A stretch of 32,000 nt of DNA, taken from Candidatus Scalindua sp. GTDB lineage: Bacteria; Planctomycetota; Brocadiia; Brocadiales; Scalinduaceae. A program made the translations under genes and the position numbers. Below are positions 1 to 10,900 of the stretch, one piece after another. The stretch covers positions 3,150,001 to 3,182,000 of the forward strand of contig JALDRA010000001.1 of NCBI GenBank assembly GCA_031316235.1, read 5' to 3'. Positions within the stretch are counted from its first letter, which is position 1. Each line of letters begins with the position of its first letter. The notes below the pieces were generated by a model, which saw only the letters and a program-made list of their open reading frames with translations, searched no databases and was not told the origin of the DNA.

Positions 1-573
1 GCGCTTGTAATTACACCCTATTACAATAAACCAACCCAGGAGGGCCTTTACCGGCATTACAAAGCTATTGCGGACCAGGTTGATATACCCATAGTTATAT
101 ACAACGTTCCTTCAAGAACAGGGGTATCGATATCTCCGGATACGGTTGCAAGACTCTGTGAAATGAAGAATATCGTTGCAATTAAGGAAGCAAGCGGAGA
201 TATCGATCAGGCGAGTCAGATTATCGCACTGTGTGATATAACCGTCTTGTCAGGTGACGACTCCTTGACGCTACCAATAATATCTGTGGGTGGTAAGGGT
301 GTAATCTCAGTAGTGGCAAATATCCTGCCACGGGAGGTTTCAGAAATGGTTGCAGAAAGCCTGAAAAGTATAGATAAGAGTGTACAGGAGATGCACAAAA
401 AACTCTTTCCGATCTGCAGGGCAATGTTTATTGAAACAAATCCGATTTCCGTAAAAACGGCCATGAAACTACTCGGTAGATTAACTGGAGAGATGAGATT
501 GCCGCTTTGTGAAATGAACAATGAAAATGAGGAAAAACTTCACAATGCCTTGCGGAGCTTTGGTCTTATTTGA
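1..573 (+). CDS. dapA: 4-hydroxy-tetrahydrodipicolinate synthase, C-terminal part (5' end lies off-window)
   Basis: Frame 1 is open from base 1. It reads ALVITPYYNKPTQEGLYRHYKAIADQVDIPIVIYNVPSRTG...IVAIKEASGD, the classic DapA pattern including the Schiff-base Lys context IKEA. Stop at 571-573. Confidence 0.9.
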   Translation, partial: ALVITPYYNKPTQEGLYRHYKAIADQVDIPIVIYNVPSRTGVSISPDTVARLCEMKNIVAIKEASGDIDQASQIIALCDITVLSGDDSLTLPIISVGGKGVISVVANILPREVSEMVAESLKSIDKSVQEMHKKLFPICRAMFIETNPISVKTAMKLLGRLTGEMRLPLCEMNNENEEKLHNALRSFGLI

Positions 574-588
574 GTCTTGACAACTTAT

Positions 589-1155
589 ATGATAATGGAT
601 AAAAAGAAGATAATGAAGGCGGTAAAGTTGTTCCTGGAGGGGATAGGCGATGATCCCGGCCGTGAAGGACTTCTGGAGACACCAAGACGGGTTGCTGAAA
701 TGTGCGAGGAGATTTTTTCGGGTATCGGAGTCGATTCAGGAGAGCAAATCAAGATTTTACATTCTGAAGATTACGATGAAATTGTTCTTTTAAAAGATAT
801 TCCTTTCTTCTCTGTTTGTGAACACCATTTACTTCCTTTCGTGGGAAAGGCACACGTTGCCTACATACCGAATGGCAACCGTGTTACCGGTTTGAGCAAA
901 CTTGCGCGGGTTGTCGATACAGAATCAAAGAAACTGCAGATGCAGGAACGCCTTACAACGGCAATAGCTAATTCGATCATGAAAGCTCTTAAACCAAAGG
1001 GAGCGATAGTGATTGTTGAAGCAGAGCATCTCTGCATGACCATGAGAGGGATAAAAAAACCGGGTACTATCACGCGGACGTCCGTTGTGAGAGGAATATT
1101 TCGAGAGAATCTGGCAACAAGGACAGAGGCTATGTCGTTAATTATGGGTAGATAA
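589..1155 (+). CDS. folE: GTP cyclohydrolase I
   Basis: Motifs [41 protein letters not shown] and QERLT are typical FolE. The track ORF begins at TTG 577; the first ATGs are at 589 and 595, so the exact start is uncertain. Confidence 0.9.
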   Translation: MIMDKKKIMKAVKLFLEGIGDDPGREGLLETPRRVAEMCEEIFSGIGVDSGEQIKILHSEDYDEIVLLKDIPFFSVCEHHLLPFVGKAHVAYIPNGNRVTGLSKLARVVDTESKKLQMQERLTTAIANSIMKALKPKGAIVIVEAEHLCMTMRGIKKPGTITRTSVVRGIFRENLATRTEAMSLIMGR

Positions 1156-1187
1156 AAAACCAGGAATCACGTACGTTTGAAATCTTC

Positions 1188-2819
1188 ATGAAAATCAAGA
1201 ATATTTTCGTAATCCTGATATTGGCGTGTTTGATGATAGTTGCTGATAATGAGGCTGATGCGCTGGAAGGTTATGGAAAGGCGCTCAAAGAGATTGTGAA
1301 GGTGAGGCCTTCAGATGATGCGGAAACTGTGGATACCTCTTTGGAAGGGAAAACTCCTGTTGTCGAATTCTTTCCAGATGATGTGATGTTTATTCAAATG
1401 TCACTGAAAGATTGCATCTTTCATGCCTTTAAAAATAACTATGACATTGAAATCGCAAATTTTGACCCTCTCGTCAGAGAGAAAGAGATTAAGGTTGAAA
1501 AGTCAGTTTTTGATCCCGTTCTCAACATAACAGGACAGACCCGGGATTCTGAAACACCATCAAACAGCCTTTTGCAGCTTGGTCTTGACAGTTCCCTGTC
1601 GAGTTTTAATGTTAGTTCACAAACGCTCGATGCCAAAGTAGAGAAACTCTGGTCAACCGGCGCCACATTTACGCTGGGTCTTAATATGAATCAGGCACAT
1701 CTCGATCCCGCCCCATTCTCATTTTTTAATCCCTTTGTTGATTCGTACATAGAAGCCAAAATTAACCAGCCTCTTTTGAGAAATGCAGGTATTTTCTACA
1801 ATAGGAGTAAAATCTACATTGCGAGAAATAATAAAAAAATTTCCCTGTTGCAGCTCAAGCAGACAGCAATCAGGGTGATCAACGATGTTCAGAGGATCTA
1901 CTGGGAACTGGTGAAGGCTATCGAGGATCTCAGGGTACGAAACAAGTCGCTGGAGAGGGCGAAAGATTTATTGAGGAAAAATAAGATTCAGGCCCAGGTT
2001 GGGACGTTGGCGCCAATTGATGTATTGGAGGCAGAAGAAGGTGTAGCTAAGCAGATTGAAGGAGTTATCATTGAAGAGAATAATGTTGCAAACAAGGGAG
2101 ACGAGTTGAAACAGATTATGAATTTGCGCAGTGGATCGGTTCTTTCTGATGCTTCGATCATACCACTGGATCAACCGGTGTTTAAGGTCAAGGATGTATC
2201 TCTGGATGAGTCATTACGGATTGCACTGGGCAACAGACCTGAACTTTCTGTACAGAGTTTAGACATAAAAAATGCAAAGATTATGGTGAAGCAGAAAAGA
2301 AACCAGCTGCTTCCAAAACTTGATTTTGAGGCGGGTGTCCGTTACTCAGGACTAGCAGCGAACAAGGGGAATTCACTTGATGCCACTTTTTCCGAGGAAT
2401 TTCAAACTGAGTTTTTTCAGGTGGTATTAGAGGTTCCTCTGGGGAATAGGGAGGCAAGAAACAGCTACTCCAAGGCGAAACTCGAAGCAAGTCAGTCTGT
2501 TATCAGTAAAAGAAAACTTGAGCAAGTCATTGTTGTTGAGGTCAGAACCGCAGTTCGTCAGATCAAAACAAATATTGAGAGGGTCAAGGCTTCGTCAAAG
2601 GCCAGGGAGTTAGCGCAAGAGCGACTGGAGGCAGAGGAGAAAAAATTTAAAGTGGGCAGGACTACAAGCCTGGAGGTAGTGAGAGCTCAGGAAAATTTAG
2701 CAATTGCTGAGGGCAGGGCAACAAATGCAATAGTTGATTACCAGGTTTCATTAGGTGATTTAGAGGCTGTGCAGGGTACTATTATTGAAAATAATAACAT
2801 CGTGATAGAAGATTATTGA
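1188..2819 (+). CDS. TolC-family outer-membrane efflux protein
   Basis: 543 aa with an N-terminal signal-like segment. It has two repeated coiled-coil/beta-barrel halves with TolC-like strings (LSLKDCI..A..NN.DI, GTLAPIDVLEAEE, GRTTSLEVVRAQENL..AE, DYQVSLGDLE). Confidence 0.8.
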   Translation: MKIKNIFVILILACLMIVADNEADALEGYGKALKEIVKVRPSDDAETVDTSLEGKTPVVEFFPDDVMFIQMSLKDCIFHAFKNNYDIEIANFDPLVREKEIKVEKSVFDPVLNITGQTRDSETPSNSLLQLGLDSSLSSFNVSSQTLDAKVEKLWSTGATFTLGLNMNQAHLDPAPFSFFNPFVDSYIEAKINQPLLRNAGIFYNRSKIYIARNNKKISLLQLKQTAIRVINDVQRIYWELVKAIEDLRVRNKSLERAKDLLRKNKIQAQVGTLAPIDVLEAEEGVAKQIEGVIIEENNVANKGDELKQIMNLRSGSVLSDASIIPLDQPVFKVKDVSLDESLRIALGNRPELSVQSLDIKNAKIMVKQKRNQLLPKLDFEAGVRYSGLAANKGNSLDATFSEEFQTEFFQVVLEVPLGNREARNSYSKAKLEASQSVISKRKLEQVIVVEVRTAVRQIKTNIERVKASSKARELAQERLEAEEKKFKVGRTTSLEVVRAQENLAIAEGRATNAIVDYQVSLGDLEAVQGTIIENNNIVIEDY

Positions 2820-2840
2820 TATAAGGAAGGTTTATGTGAA

Positions 2841-3647
2841 ATGTTAGAATTTACCGAAGAGCAGATAAATCGATACTCCAGGCATATAATTTTGTCCGAG
2901 GTTGGCGGCAAAGGTCAGCGGAAACTTTTAGACTCTAAAGTGTTTCTGGTTGGTGCCGGAGGGCTTGGTTCACCGGCAGCTTACTATCTGGCTGCTGTGG
3001 GTGTCGGCAAGATAGGAATCGCAGATAACGATACGGTTGATTTTTCAAATTTACAACGACAAATACTGCACTCTACCAAAGATGTGAATTACTCAAAGGC
3101 TCTCTCAGCAAAAGAGACCCTTGAGGGGTTAAACCCGGATGTGGAAGTGGTTCCGTATCTGGATAGACTTACATCAGAAAACATTATCGACATCATCAAG
3201 GATTATGATGTGATTCTTGATGGTTCAGACAATTTTCCCACGAGATACCTGGTTAATGATGCCTGCGTTCTTATTGGAAAACCGTTATCACATGGTTCAA
3301 TCTTTCGGTTTGAAGGGCAGGTAACCACTATTTTACCCGGGAAAAGTCCCTGCTACCGCTGTATATTCGAGATTCCTCCTCCCCCGGAATTGGTGCCATC
3401 CTGCCAGGAGGCAGGTGTCCTGGGCGTCCTTCCCGGGGTGATCGGCAGTATTCAGGCAACAGAGGTAATTAAATTGATTCTGGGGAAGGGAAAGCTCCTT
3501 CAGGGAGAACTCCTTCTCTATGATTCCCTGGCGATGGATTTTAAACGGCTGAAATTGAAACGCAATCCTGCTTGCCCGGTATGCGGTGAAAATCCTACGA
3601 TAAAGGAGCTTATCGATTATGAGCAGTTCTGTCAGGTAAATTTTTAG
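2841..3647 (+). CDS. ThiF/MoeB/HesA-family adenylyltransferase (E1-like)
   Basis: RYSRHIIL.EVG..GQ.KL, the nucleotide-binding GAGGLGSP, DNDTVD.SNLQRQ, and the CYRC plus CPVC zinc pairs. At 268 aa it has no rhodanese extension, so MoeB versus ThiF cannot be decided. Confidence 0.85.
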   Translation: MLEFTEEQINRYSRHIILSEVGGKGQRKLLDSKVFLVGAGGLGSPAAYYLAAVGVGKIGIADNDTVDFSNLQRQILHSTKDVNYSKALSAKETLEGLNPDVEVVPYLDRLTSENIIDIIKDYDVILDGSDNFPTRYLVNDACVLIGKPLSHGSIFRFEGQVTTILPGKSPCYRCIFEIPPPPELVPSCQEAGVLGVLPGVIGSIQATEVIKLILGKGKLLQGELLLYDSLAMDFKRLKLKRNPACPVCGENPTIKELIDYEQFCQVNF

Positions 3648-3657
3648 GTTATGGAAT

Positions 3658-3710
3658 TATACTCATCTCATTACTGGATTTTATCCGAAATCCAGTATGA
3701 GATGAGTATA
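3658..3710. repeat. Palindromic solo copy (copy E) of the TATACTCATCTCATA repeat family
   Basis: Sequence TATACTCATCTCAT-T-ACTGGATTT-tatccg-AAATCCAGT-ATGAGATGAGTATA. This is a 23-bp stem with one bulged T and a 6-nt loop. It lies 11 nt after the ThiF/MoeB stop and 36 nt before the pgi ATG. Confidence 0.85.
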
Positions 3711-3746
3711 TTAAAAAAGGTGAGTCATGAATGTGTCGGGGTACAT

Positions 3747-5408
3747 ATGCTCAATAAAATAAATCCTACTCAAACAGAGAGCTGGAAAAGTTTGTCCCTT
3801 CATTTCGAAGAAATGAAGGGCGTTCACATGAAAGATCTCTTTGCTGCTGATCCTCATAGATTTCAGAAATTTTCCCTCAAGCACAAAAAGATCCTTGTCG
3901 ATTATTCCAAGAACATCATAACGGAGAAAACAGTGCAGCTGTTACTTGCATTGGGGGGGGAGGTCGGTTTGAAAGATGCGATTGAGAAGATGTTCGCTGG
4001 AGACAGGATTAATGAGACGGAAGAGAGGGCTGTCCTGCACACCGCCCTGAGAAACAGAGACAACAGGCCTGTCTATGTGGATGGCAGGGACGTTATGCAG
4101 GAAGTAAACGGGGTCTTAAAAAAGATAGAAAAGTTCTCTTCTCAAATTATATCGGGCCATTGGAAGGGGTTCACAGGCGAAAAGATTACGGATATTGTCA
4201 ACATTGGGATCGGGGGTTCTGATCTGGGCCCTGTAATGGTCACGGAATGTCTGCGTCCCTATGCGGAAAAAGGTTTGTCAATCCATTTTGTCTCAAATAT
4301 TGACGGTACACATATATCCGAAACATTGAAGGGGTTGAGTCCTGAAACCACGCTGTTCCTGATAGCCTCAAAGACATTTACGACACAGGAGACGATGACA
4401 AATGCATTCAGCGCAAGGGACTGGTTTTTAGAGTCGGCAAGGGATCAGACGCACGTTTCGAGACATTTTGTTGCTGTCTCTACAAACAGTGCCAAGGTTG
4501 AAGAGTTTGGTATCGATAAAGAGAACATGTTTGTTTTCTGGGACTGGGTAGGGGGACGTTATTCACTCTGGTCGGCAATCGGGCTTTCTATAGCCTGTTT
4601 CCTGGGGTATGAAAATTTTACTGAGCTGCTGCAGGGCGCCTTTGAAATGGACAACCACTTCTCTACTGCTCCCTTTGATGAAAACATACCGGTCATTCTG
4701 GGACTGCTTGGAGTATGGTATGGAAATTTCTTCGGTGCAGAGACTGAAGCCATATTGCCCTATGACCAGTATATGCACAGGTTCCCTGCATACTTTCAGC
4801 AGGGGAACATGGAGAGTAACGGGAAGTCTGTGGATAGAAATGGCAGGAGAGTTGACTATCAGACGGGTCAGATTCTCTGGGGAGAGCCGGGGACAAATGG
4901 TCAACACGCCTTTTATCAATTGATTCACCAGGGAACCAAGATGATTCCTGCAGATTTTCTGGCACCGGCGGTCAGCCATAACCCGATTGGTGAGCATCAT
5001 GAAATTCTGTTGTCAAATTTTTTTGCGCAGACGAAAGCCCTCTTGAACGGAAAGTCCAGGGATGAGGTTATTGAAGAGTTGAAAGAGGACGGAAAGAGTG
5101 AGGAAGAGATTCAGAAATTATCTCCTCATAAGGTGTTTGAAGGGAATAAACCAACGAATTCTATCCTCTTCGAAAAATTGACACCGGGAATCCTCGGGAA
5201 TCTTATTGCGATGTATGAGCATAAGATCTTTGTGCAGGGAGTGGTATGGAATATCTTTAGTTTTGACCAGTGGGGGGTTGAACTTGGAAAGCAGCTGGCA
5301 ACAAAGATACTACCAGAGCTGAAGGGTGACAAACCTGTTGCTTCTCATGACTGTTCCACAAACGGTTTAATCAATGCCTTTAAAGAGATGCGAAGGTACT
5401 CCCGGTAA
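3747..5408 (+). CDS. pgi: glucose-6-phosphate isomerase
   Basis: [21 protein letters not shown]...MKDLFA.D..RF.KFS matches the canonical Pgi N-terminus. Also present: [31 protein letters not shown] and [17 protein letters not shown]. The track ORF start at 3651 reads through repeat copy E and is probably an artefact. Confidence 0.93.
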   Translation: MLNKINPTQTESWKSLSLHFEEMKGVHMKDLFAADPHRFQKFSLKHKKILVDYSKNIITEKTVQLLLALGGEVGLKDAIEKMFAGDRINETEERAVLHTALRNRDNRPVYVDGRDVMQEVNGVLKKIEKFSSQIISGHWKGFTGEKITDIVNIGIGGSDLGPVMVTECLRPYAEKGLSIHFVSNIDGTHISETLKGLSPETTLFLIASKTFTTQETMTNAFSARDWFLESARDQTHVSRHFVAVSTNSAKVEEFGIDKENMFVFWDWVGGRYSLWSAIGLSIACFLGYENFTELLQGAFEMDNHFSTAPFDENIPVILGLLGVWYGNFFGAETEAILPYDQYMHRFPAYFQQGNMESNGKSVDRNGRRVDYQTGQILWGEPGTNGQHAFYQLIHQGTKMIPADFLAPAVSHNPIGEHHEILLSNFFAQTKALLNGKSRDEVIEELKEDGKSEEEIQKLSPHKVFEGNKPTNSILFEKLTPGILGNLIAMYEHKIFVQGVVWNIFSFDQWGVELGKQLATKILPELKGDKPVASHDCSTNGLINAFKEMRRYSR

Positions 5409-5664
5409 CGATTGCAGGGAAACAGTTAAGGATGCATGAAATGAAACGACAGCAGAAAAAAGATATCTCACCTGGTGGTTGCTTCTTGACCAATCATCAG
5501 CAGATGAAGTGTGTCACCAGTCTCGATAAAACCCGGGTAACAGCAGGTTTGTTCCCTGTGCCGGTGCAGCATGATCTTACACCTGCTGATATCGGTAAAC
5601 CTCCAATTGCCTTTCGTTTTGATCTCTTGATTATGATTTCTGACCTTCTTGAAATGGATATGAC

Positions 5665-6156
5665 TTGAAAACAGTGATACCCTTTATGGGTGTAACGATA
5701 CTGTTGCTCTTTACGGCAGGTTGTTTAACGACTACGCAAAAGAGCAGCGGGATAGGGACCGGTATTGGTGCGGTCCTTGGTGCTGGTATCGGTGCATTGA
5801 TAGGTGATCCCGCAATGGGTGCGGCAATCGGTGCAGGAGCCGGTGCCCTGGGAGGAGCGCTGGTCGGAGATCAGATGGATAAAAAAAGGGAAGAGGCTGA
5901 AAAAGCGGATCTCGAAAGGCAACTCGAACTTGAAAAACAATCCGGATCCGGAGAGGGGAAGAATTATATAGAGGCTCACTATGAATATGTCAAGAAGAGA
6001 AAATGGGTTGATACCTCTGAAAAAGAACGGGTATGGGTTGAAGAGCGTATTGAGGGTGAACGAAGAATAGAGGGTCATTATGAGAACAGGCTTGTTCCTT
6101 CAGGGTACTGGGAAGAGCATGAAGAGAAGATATGGGTCCCCGCTCATCATGAATAG
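5665..6156 (+). CDS. glycine-zipper lipoprotein with a charged, W/H-rich C-terminal region
   Basis: Lipobox LFTAGC, then GIGTGIGAVLGAGIGALIGDPAMGAAIGAGAGALGGALVG. The C-terminus has repeated WV..E / GHYE / WVPAHHE strings. Start is TTG 5665 or ATG 5686. Confidence 0.6.
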   Translation: MKTVIPFMGVTILLLFTAGCLTTTQKSSGIGTGIGAVLGAGIGALIGDPAMGAAIGAGAGALGGALVGDQMDKKREEAEKADLERQLELEKQSGSGEGKNYIEAHYEYVKKRKWVDTSEKERVWVEERIEGERRIEGHYENRLVPSGYWEEHEEKIWVPAHHE

Positions 6157-6219
6157 TTCCCCGTGGATCATCTCAAAAGAGCCGATAAAAAATATAGTAA
6201 TTACTGGGAGGCAGATGAG

Positions 6220-6903
6220 ATGGAAGGTAAAGATAACGTTAAGACAGAAGAAGGGCTCAAAATTGAGTTGGAAAAACTGCGTCAGCGTCTAAAAGAGACG
6301 GAAGTATCAGAGGCCAGAAATAAGAGACTGATCGAAGAGTTACGTAGTGATTCTGCCAAATATCAGGCAATTGCGCATTCATTCGATGGTTTAATCTACA
6401 TATGTTCTGAAAGCTACAGTGTGGAATTTATGAATGAGAAGTTTCTTGAGCGTACAGGGTTTGATCCAACCGGGCAGAAGTGCTACAAGGCCCTTCATGA
6501 TTTGGACAGCATCTGTTCATGGTGTGTGAATGAGAGAGTCTTTCAGGGAGAAACCGTATATTGGGAACTTCTCAGTCCCAAAGATAATCGCTGGTATCAT
6601 ATCATGAATGCACCGTTTGTTCATCCGAGCGGACAAACATACAAGATGTCGATCATACAGGATATTACAGATCGAAAAAATGCAGAAGCGGAGCGGGAGA
6701 GGATAAAGAATCAACTTCACAGTGTTCTCAAAAAGGGGCTTAGCGGATATCTTTCTATCTGTTCATCATGCAAGAAAATCCGTGACAGCAATAATAGCTG
6801 GATAGAAATTGAAAGTTATATTCACTCCCGTACGGAAACTCAGTTTAGCCACAGTATCTGTCCAGCGTGTATCAGTAAGTTGTATCCGGAACTGGAGAAG
6901 TAA
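6220..6903 (+). CDS. PAS-domain protein with a C-terminal four-cysteine module and no kinase domain
   Basis: GGGAGG lies 8 nt upstream of ATG 6220; the track starts at GTG 6163. The protein has a coiled-coil leader and a PAS-like core (FDGLIYICSESYSVEFMNEKFLERTG...WYHIMNAPF...MSIIQDITDRK). The tail is CSSCKKIRDSNNSWIEIESYIHSRTETQFSHSICPACISKLYPE. Confidence 0.7.
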   Translation: MEGKDNVKTEEGLKIELEKLRQRLKETEVSEARNKRLIEELRSDSAKYQAIAHSFDGLIYICSESYSVEFMNEKFLERTGFDPTGQKCYKALHDLDSICSWCVNERVFQGETVYWELLSPKDNRWYHIMNAPFVHPSGQTYKMSIIQDITDRKNAEAERERIKNQLHSVLKKGLSGYLSICSSCKKIRDSNNSWIEIESYIHSRTETQFSHSICPACISKLYPELEK

Positions 6904-7035
6904 TCCAAGGCCTGCCCGGAGGTGCTCACACCGGTACGTTGCATTTCTGAAACAGTATTAAATTCTTCAGTCAACCCGCGTTCCGTGTTACTGTTTCTTC
7001 TCTTTTACGGTTACGTCAGTTTAGCTGAGAGTAAA

Positions 7036-7578
7036 TTAGAACGGGGTGTTGATGCTGATCCCGGCTCCGGCAAACCAGTCATCAGCATCATCTGAGAGTC
7101 CCACTCCGGTACTGGCATCAAGTTGAATATTGTTGCGAACCTTATAAGTAAATCCGGTATCAAATGAATGGGCAGGATTACCATTTGCGCTCATTGGCAC
7201 ATTTCCGAATGACTCCGCAAAAGTGCCGAAGCGATCAGTAATTTTAAACCCGGCAGAAACAGCATATTCAAAGGACGATAACGTATCATGGCCTCCTCCG
7301 GATCCATCCCTTACAGTTTTCCAGGACATTCCCAGGTTATATCCGATGGAGATTCTTTCTGTTACGGAGTTTGAGAATAAAAATTGGAAAGAGGGGTCCG
7401 CCCGTTCACTCGATAATGCGTTTTTTCCCGTTGGCAAAGTCAATCCAGCAAGAAATCCCATTTCAGGGCGTACACCTGATTCTTTCAATACGTTAATCTT
7501 GAATCCTATTGCCGTATCACCGGGTCCATCCTCATTCTCCGCATCTTCAGAAATATATCCATCAAAGCTGAGACGCAA
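7036..7578 (-). pseudogene. 5'-truncated outer-membrane beta-barrel (MetA-pathway/phenol-degradation-like transporter family)
   Basis: 180 codons of alternating beta-strand pattern end in ...GAGISINTPF, a terminal Phe typical of OMPs. There is no signal peptide and no ATG start. An in-frame TGA lies 8 codons upstream of the TTG, and repeat copy D lies about 70 nt upstream. Confidence 0.5.
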
Positions 7579-7650
7579 CTCAATCCTGCTCTTTGCTGCT
7601 CAGGGAACTTACGTTTCTTGTTAACAGAGTTTAAACCGTTTGATAAACTA

Positions 7651-7708
7651 CAATACTAAAACAGATTTGGTTTGAGATTTTTCTGAAAACCATTATGAGA
7701 TGAGTATA
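7651..7708 (-). repeat. Minimal copy (copy D) of the repeat family, termini only
   Basis: The reverse complement reads TATACTCATCTCATAATGGTTTTC-agaaaaatctc-AAACCAAATCTGTTTTAGTATTG. The first 24 nt are identical to copy A; the 3' block matches the A/B 3' end. Confidence 0.8.
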
Positions 7709-7983
7709 CAATGTACGTAATAATTTCGCAACCGGAACGTACTGATGTACGTCAAGGATTCACGCATTAATCCACAATTCTTATTTTTACAATAATCTGG
7801 AGAAATGGTATTATCATCCTTTGCAGGATACTTTAATGTGATAGGTGTATTCTTAATTGATACCAGAATCTGATGGTAATACCGCTTTCAATTTGCAATT
7901 TGGTATACCAGGGGAGAAAGGATTACAATGGATACGGATCTGAAGTTGTGAGTACGATTCAGGAATCCGGATTCTAATAAAGC

Positions 7984-10900
7984 ATGGCTCGTTACAGAAA
8001 GATAGGTATTGGAGTAACTGGATTTTTACTGTCTCTACTCATTATCTGCAATTACCTCTCATCTCCCTTCATCAATTCAGGACCGATAAAGAGAAAGATT
8101 CAGGCCGCTATTTCGCAAAAATTTGGAGGGCAGGTTGAATACCTTTCAGTCGATCTTTCACTATTTCCATTTATTCATGCACGTGTTGACCAGGTAACTT
8201 TTTTTCTACCGGGAAAGATTAAGGGAAGAATAGAGACATTGGACATCTTTCCAGAGATTTTACCTCTCTTTGCAGGGAAAGTAAGGATCCGCGAAATTGA
8301 TTTAGAGTCTCCCGATTTCGATTTTGCTCTGTTCAGGGATAAGGAGAAACGCAAGATAACAAAAGAACTGGTAACTCTTGATATGATTAAGGACATAGTG
8401 CCGAACGTGTTATTCCCGTTGTTTTCTGAACTGCCGCAGATTCAGATTACCATTGAAAACGGAACAGGGAATATTACGGAAGGGGATGAAACCGTTTTTG
8501 ATATCAAGAATATTCAGGCAGAAATCAGCTCTCTTTCAAAAGAGATAGATATCAGCATCAAAGGCAGATCCGGAATATGTAATACTTTTTCGGTGGAGGC
8601 AAACATTGATCGAAGTGATTTCAAGGGTAATGGCGTTATCCAATTGGGTTTCTTTCAGCCACAATCCCTTGTTGATCGATTTTTACCGGATACCTCCTGT
8701 CGTATTTCAGAATCGATCGATAAACTGAGTCTGCACGTTGAGGTTGATGGCCCCCGTGACTTCAAGGCAGAGATAGAAATCTCTCCTTACAGCCTGAAAG
8801 TCAAGAAGGGTGACAGGGAACTGTTCCTGAAATCTAAAAAAGTGAAAAGCTCTCTTCACATCGGGGAAACTGAAACGGAGGTATCGCTTACTGAGCTTGA
8901 GCTTGAACATCCTCATCTTACGATGAGGGGAAAATTAGTTGTTGATCATGAAACCCGGCAAATCAACCTGGAACTTACGGGTAGAGATATTGACATCCAT
9001 TCGGTACGGGAAGAAGCTCTGGCTTCTGCAGGAGATAATGAGGTTGTAAGGAAAGTTTTTCAGATTGTAAAGGGTGGCCGGCTGTCTGATATGATGTGCA
9101 CGAGCAAGGGAAGGACATTAGCTGATCTTGGTAACATGGAAACCCTCATCATGAAAGCCGCCATGCGTGAAGGTGACATCGTTATACCCGGTCTGGACCT
9201 CCAGATGGAAGATGTTACAGGAGATTTTGTTGTTAATCAGGGCATACTGGAAGGTGATGATATCAGCGCCAGACTCGAAGATGCGTACGCAGAGGAGGGA
9301 AGGATCAGCATCGGCCTGAAAGGAAGCGGTGCTGATCTTCATGTTGAAGCAGAGATAACGGCAGCAGCCGAACAGATTCCGCCGCTTCTCAACCGATTCG
9401 TAGGAAACAGGACCGTTTTGCGTGAGATCAACCGGGTAAAAAATGTAAAAGGGAGTGTTGCGGGTAAACTGCTTCTCGGCGGACATCTTGACGCAATTAA
9501 TGTTGAAGCGGATATTAACAAGATTGATGTTTCTGCCCATTACAAGGGAGTACCCTTTCCATTACATATTAAAGAGGGAGGTTTTCATTACGACAGGGAA
9601 ACCATAGGCCTTGAGAACCTGGGGGGCACACTTGGCAGCTCCCCTTTTTCGGAGCTTTCTGCCCGGATAAGTCTTGGAAAAGATGCCTATATAGAAGTTC
9701 AATCCGGGAAGATTCTGGCCTTTCTAAAGGAAATATATCCATGGATCTCCTCGTTTGAAAAGGCGGGGAGAAGCCTTGAAGAGGTAAAGTCCGTAAGTGG
9801 TATCCTTCAGGTAGTGTCAATGAATCTGAAGGGTCCGCTTACCACACCCGAATCATGGTTTATCGAAGCTGCAGGTGAGGCGAAAGACCTCCTTGTTGAC
9901 ACAACCCTCTTTGCCGACCCTCTTGAAGTAAAAGAGGGCATTTTCAAAGTGGTAGATAAAGAGTTCTTTCTGACACATTCAAAGGTGAAGGCCGCTGACA
10001 GTTCATTGAGAGTATCAGGGGTTCTCAGCCATAATGCGGGAGTGCTTGACAAGGCAGATATTACATTCCATGGTGAAATGGGGCAGAAATCTCTGGAATG
10101 GATTGAAAAACGGGTGAACCTGCCATCTGATTTAAGTGTCAGGCCGCCTCTTTCCATACAAAAGGCCCGAATTACCTGGAAAAAGGATTATGGAACGTCA
10201 TTTGTCAGCAGTCTTACCTTTCAGAACGATGGACCGGAGGTTTCAGTAGATATGTTCATGAATCCTGAGGGCATTGAGATGAAGAGTGCTCATATCCAGG
10301 ATGGAGAATCGAGTGTATCTTTCAGGTTCGATTTCGGGGAGAAGGTGATCAACTTTGGTTTTACGGGAAATCTGTCACACACGACTACGGACAAAATATT
10401 TCTCAATACCCCATTTGCAAAGGAGCGGATTGAGGGTGATATTAAGGTACATATCCGGCTGGATCGACCTGAACATTCCACGTTTCAAGGGACATTGAAG
10501 GGGAAAGATCTTCCGTTCTCCTGGAATCGGAAGGTTCCTCTTCACATAAACGACATTTCATTGCATGGGGAAGGGAAAAGCGTAAGAGTGGGCTCGCTCT
10601 TACTCACCTTGAGTGACAATCGCCTTTCAGTACAGGGTGATGTTACCATATCTGAGGATGGTTTTCTCTTTGATCTTGACACGTCTGCGGGTGGACTTGA
10701 CTGGGGTACAATCAGAAAAATCCTGCCTGTTGAGGATAAAAGAGAGGGCAAGGGTACGGAGAATCAAAATGAAGAAACGAGTGTTGATGAAAATGCGGGC
10801 AACGGTGAAGTAAAACGGTTCTGGGACATACCCGTGAAGGGAACTCTCGGATTAGATGCTGAATCCTTCACCTTTGAACGATACACCTGGAAACAGTTAC

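Noticed and set aside
5432-5668. A 78-aa ORF between pgi and the glycine-zipper lipoprotein gene.
   Set aside because: It has no convincing SD and no recognisable motif, its composition is odd, and it overlaps the next start. It cannot be supported from sequence alone, though a small protein is not excluded.
7953-7964. A 12-nt perfect palindrome, GAATCCGGATTC, 20 nt upstream of the AsmA-like start, as an operator.
   Set aside because: It is a single short palindrome with no second half-site or cognate regulator nearby. That is insufficient evidence.
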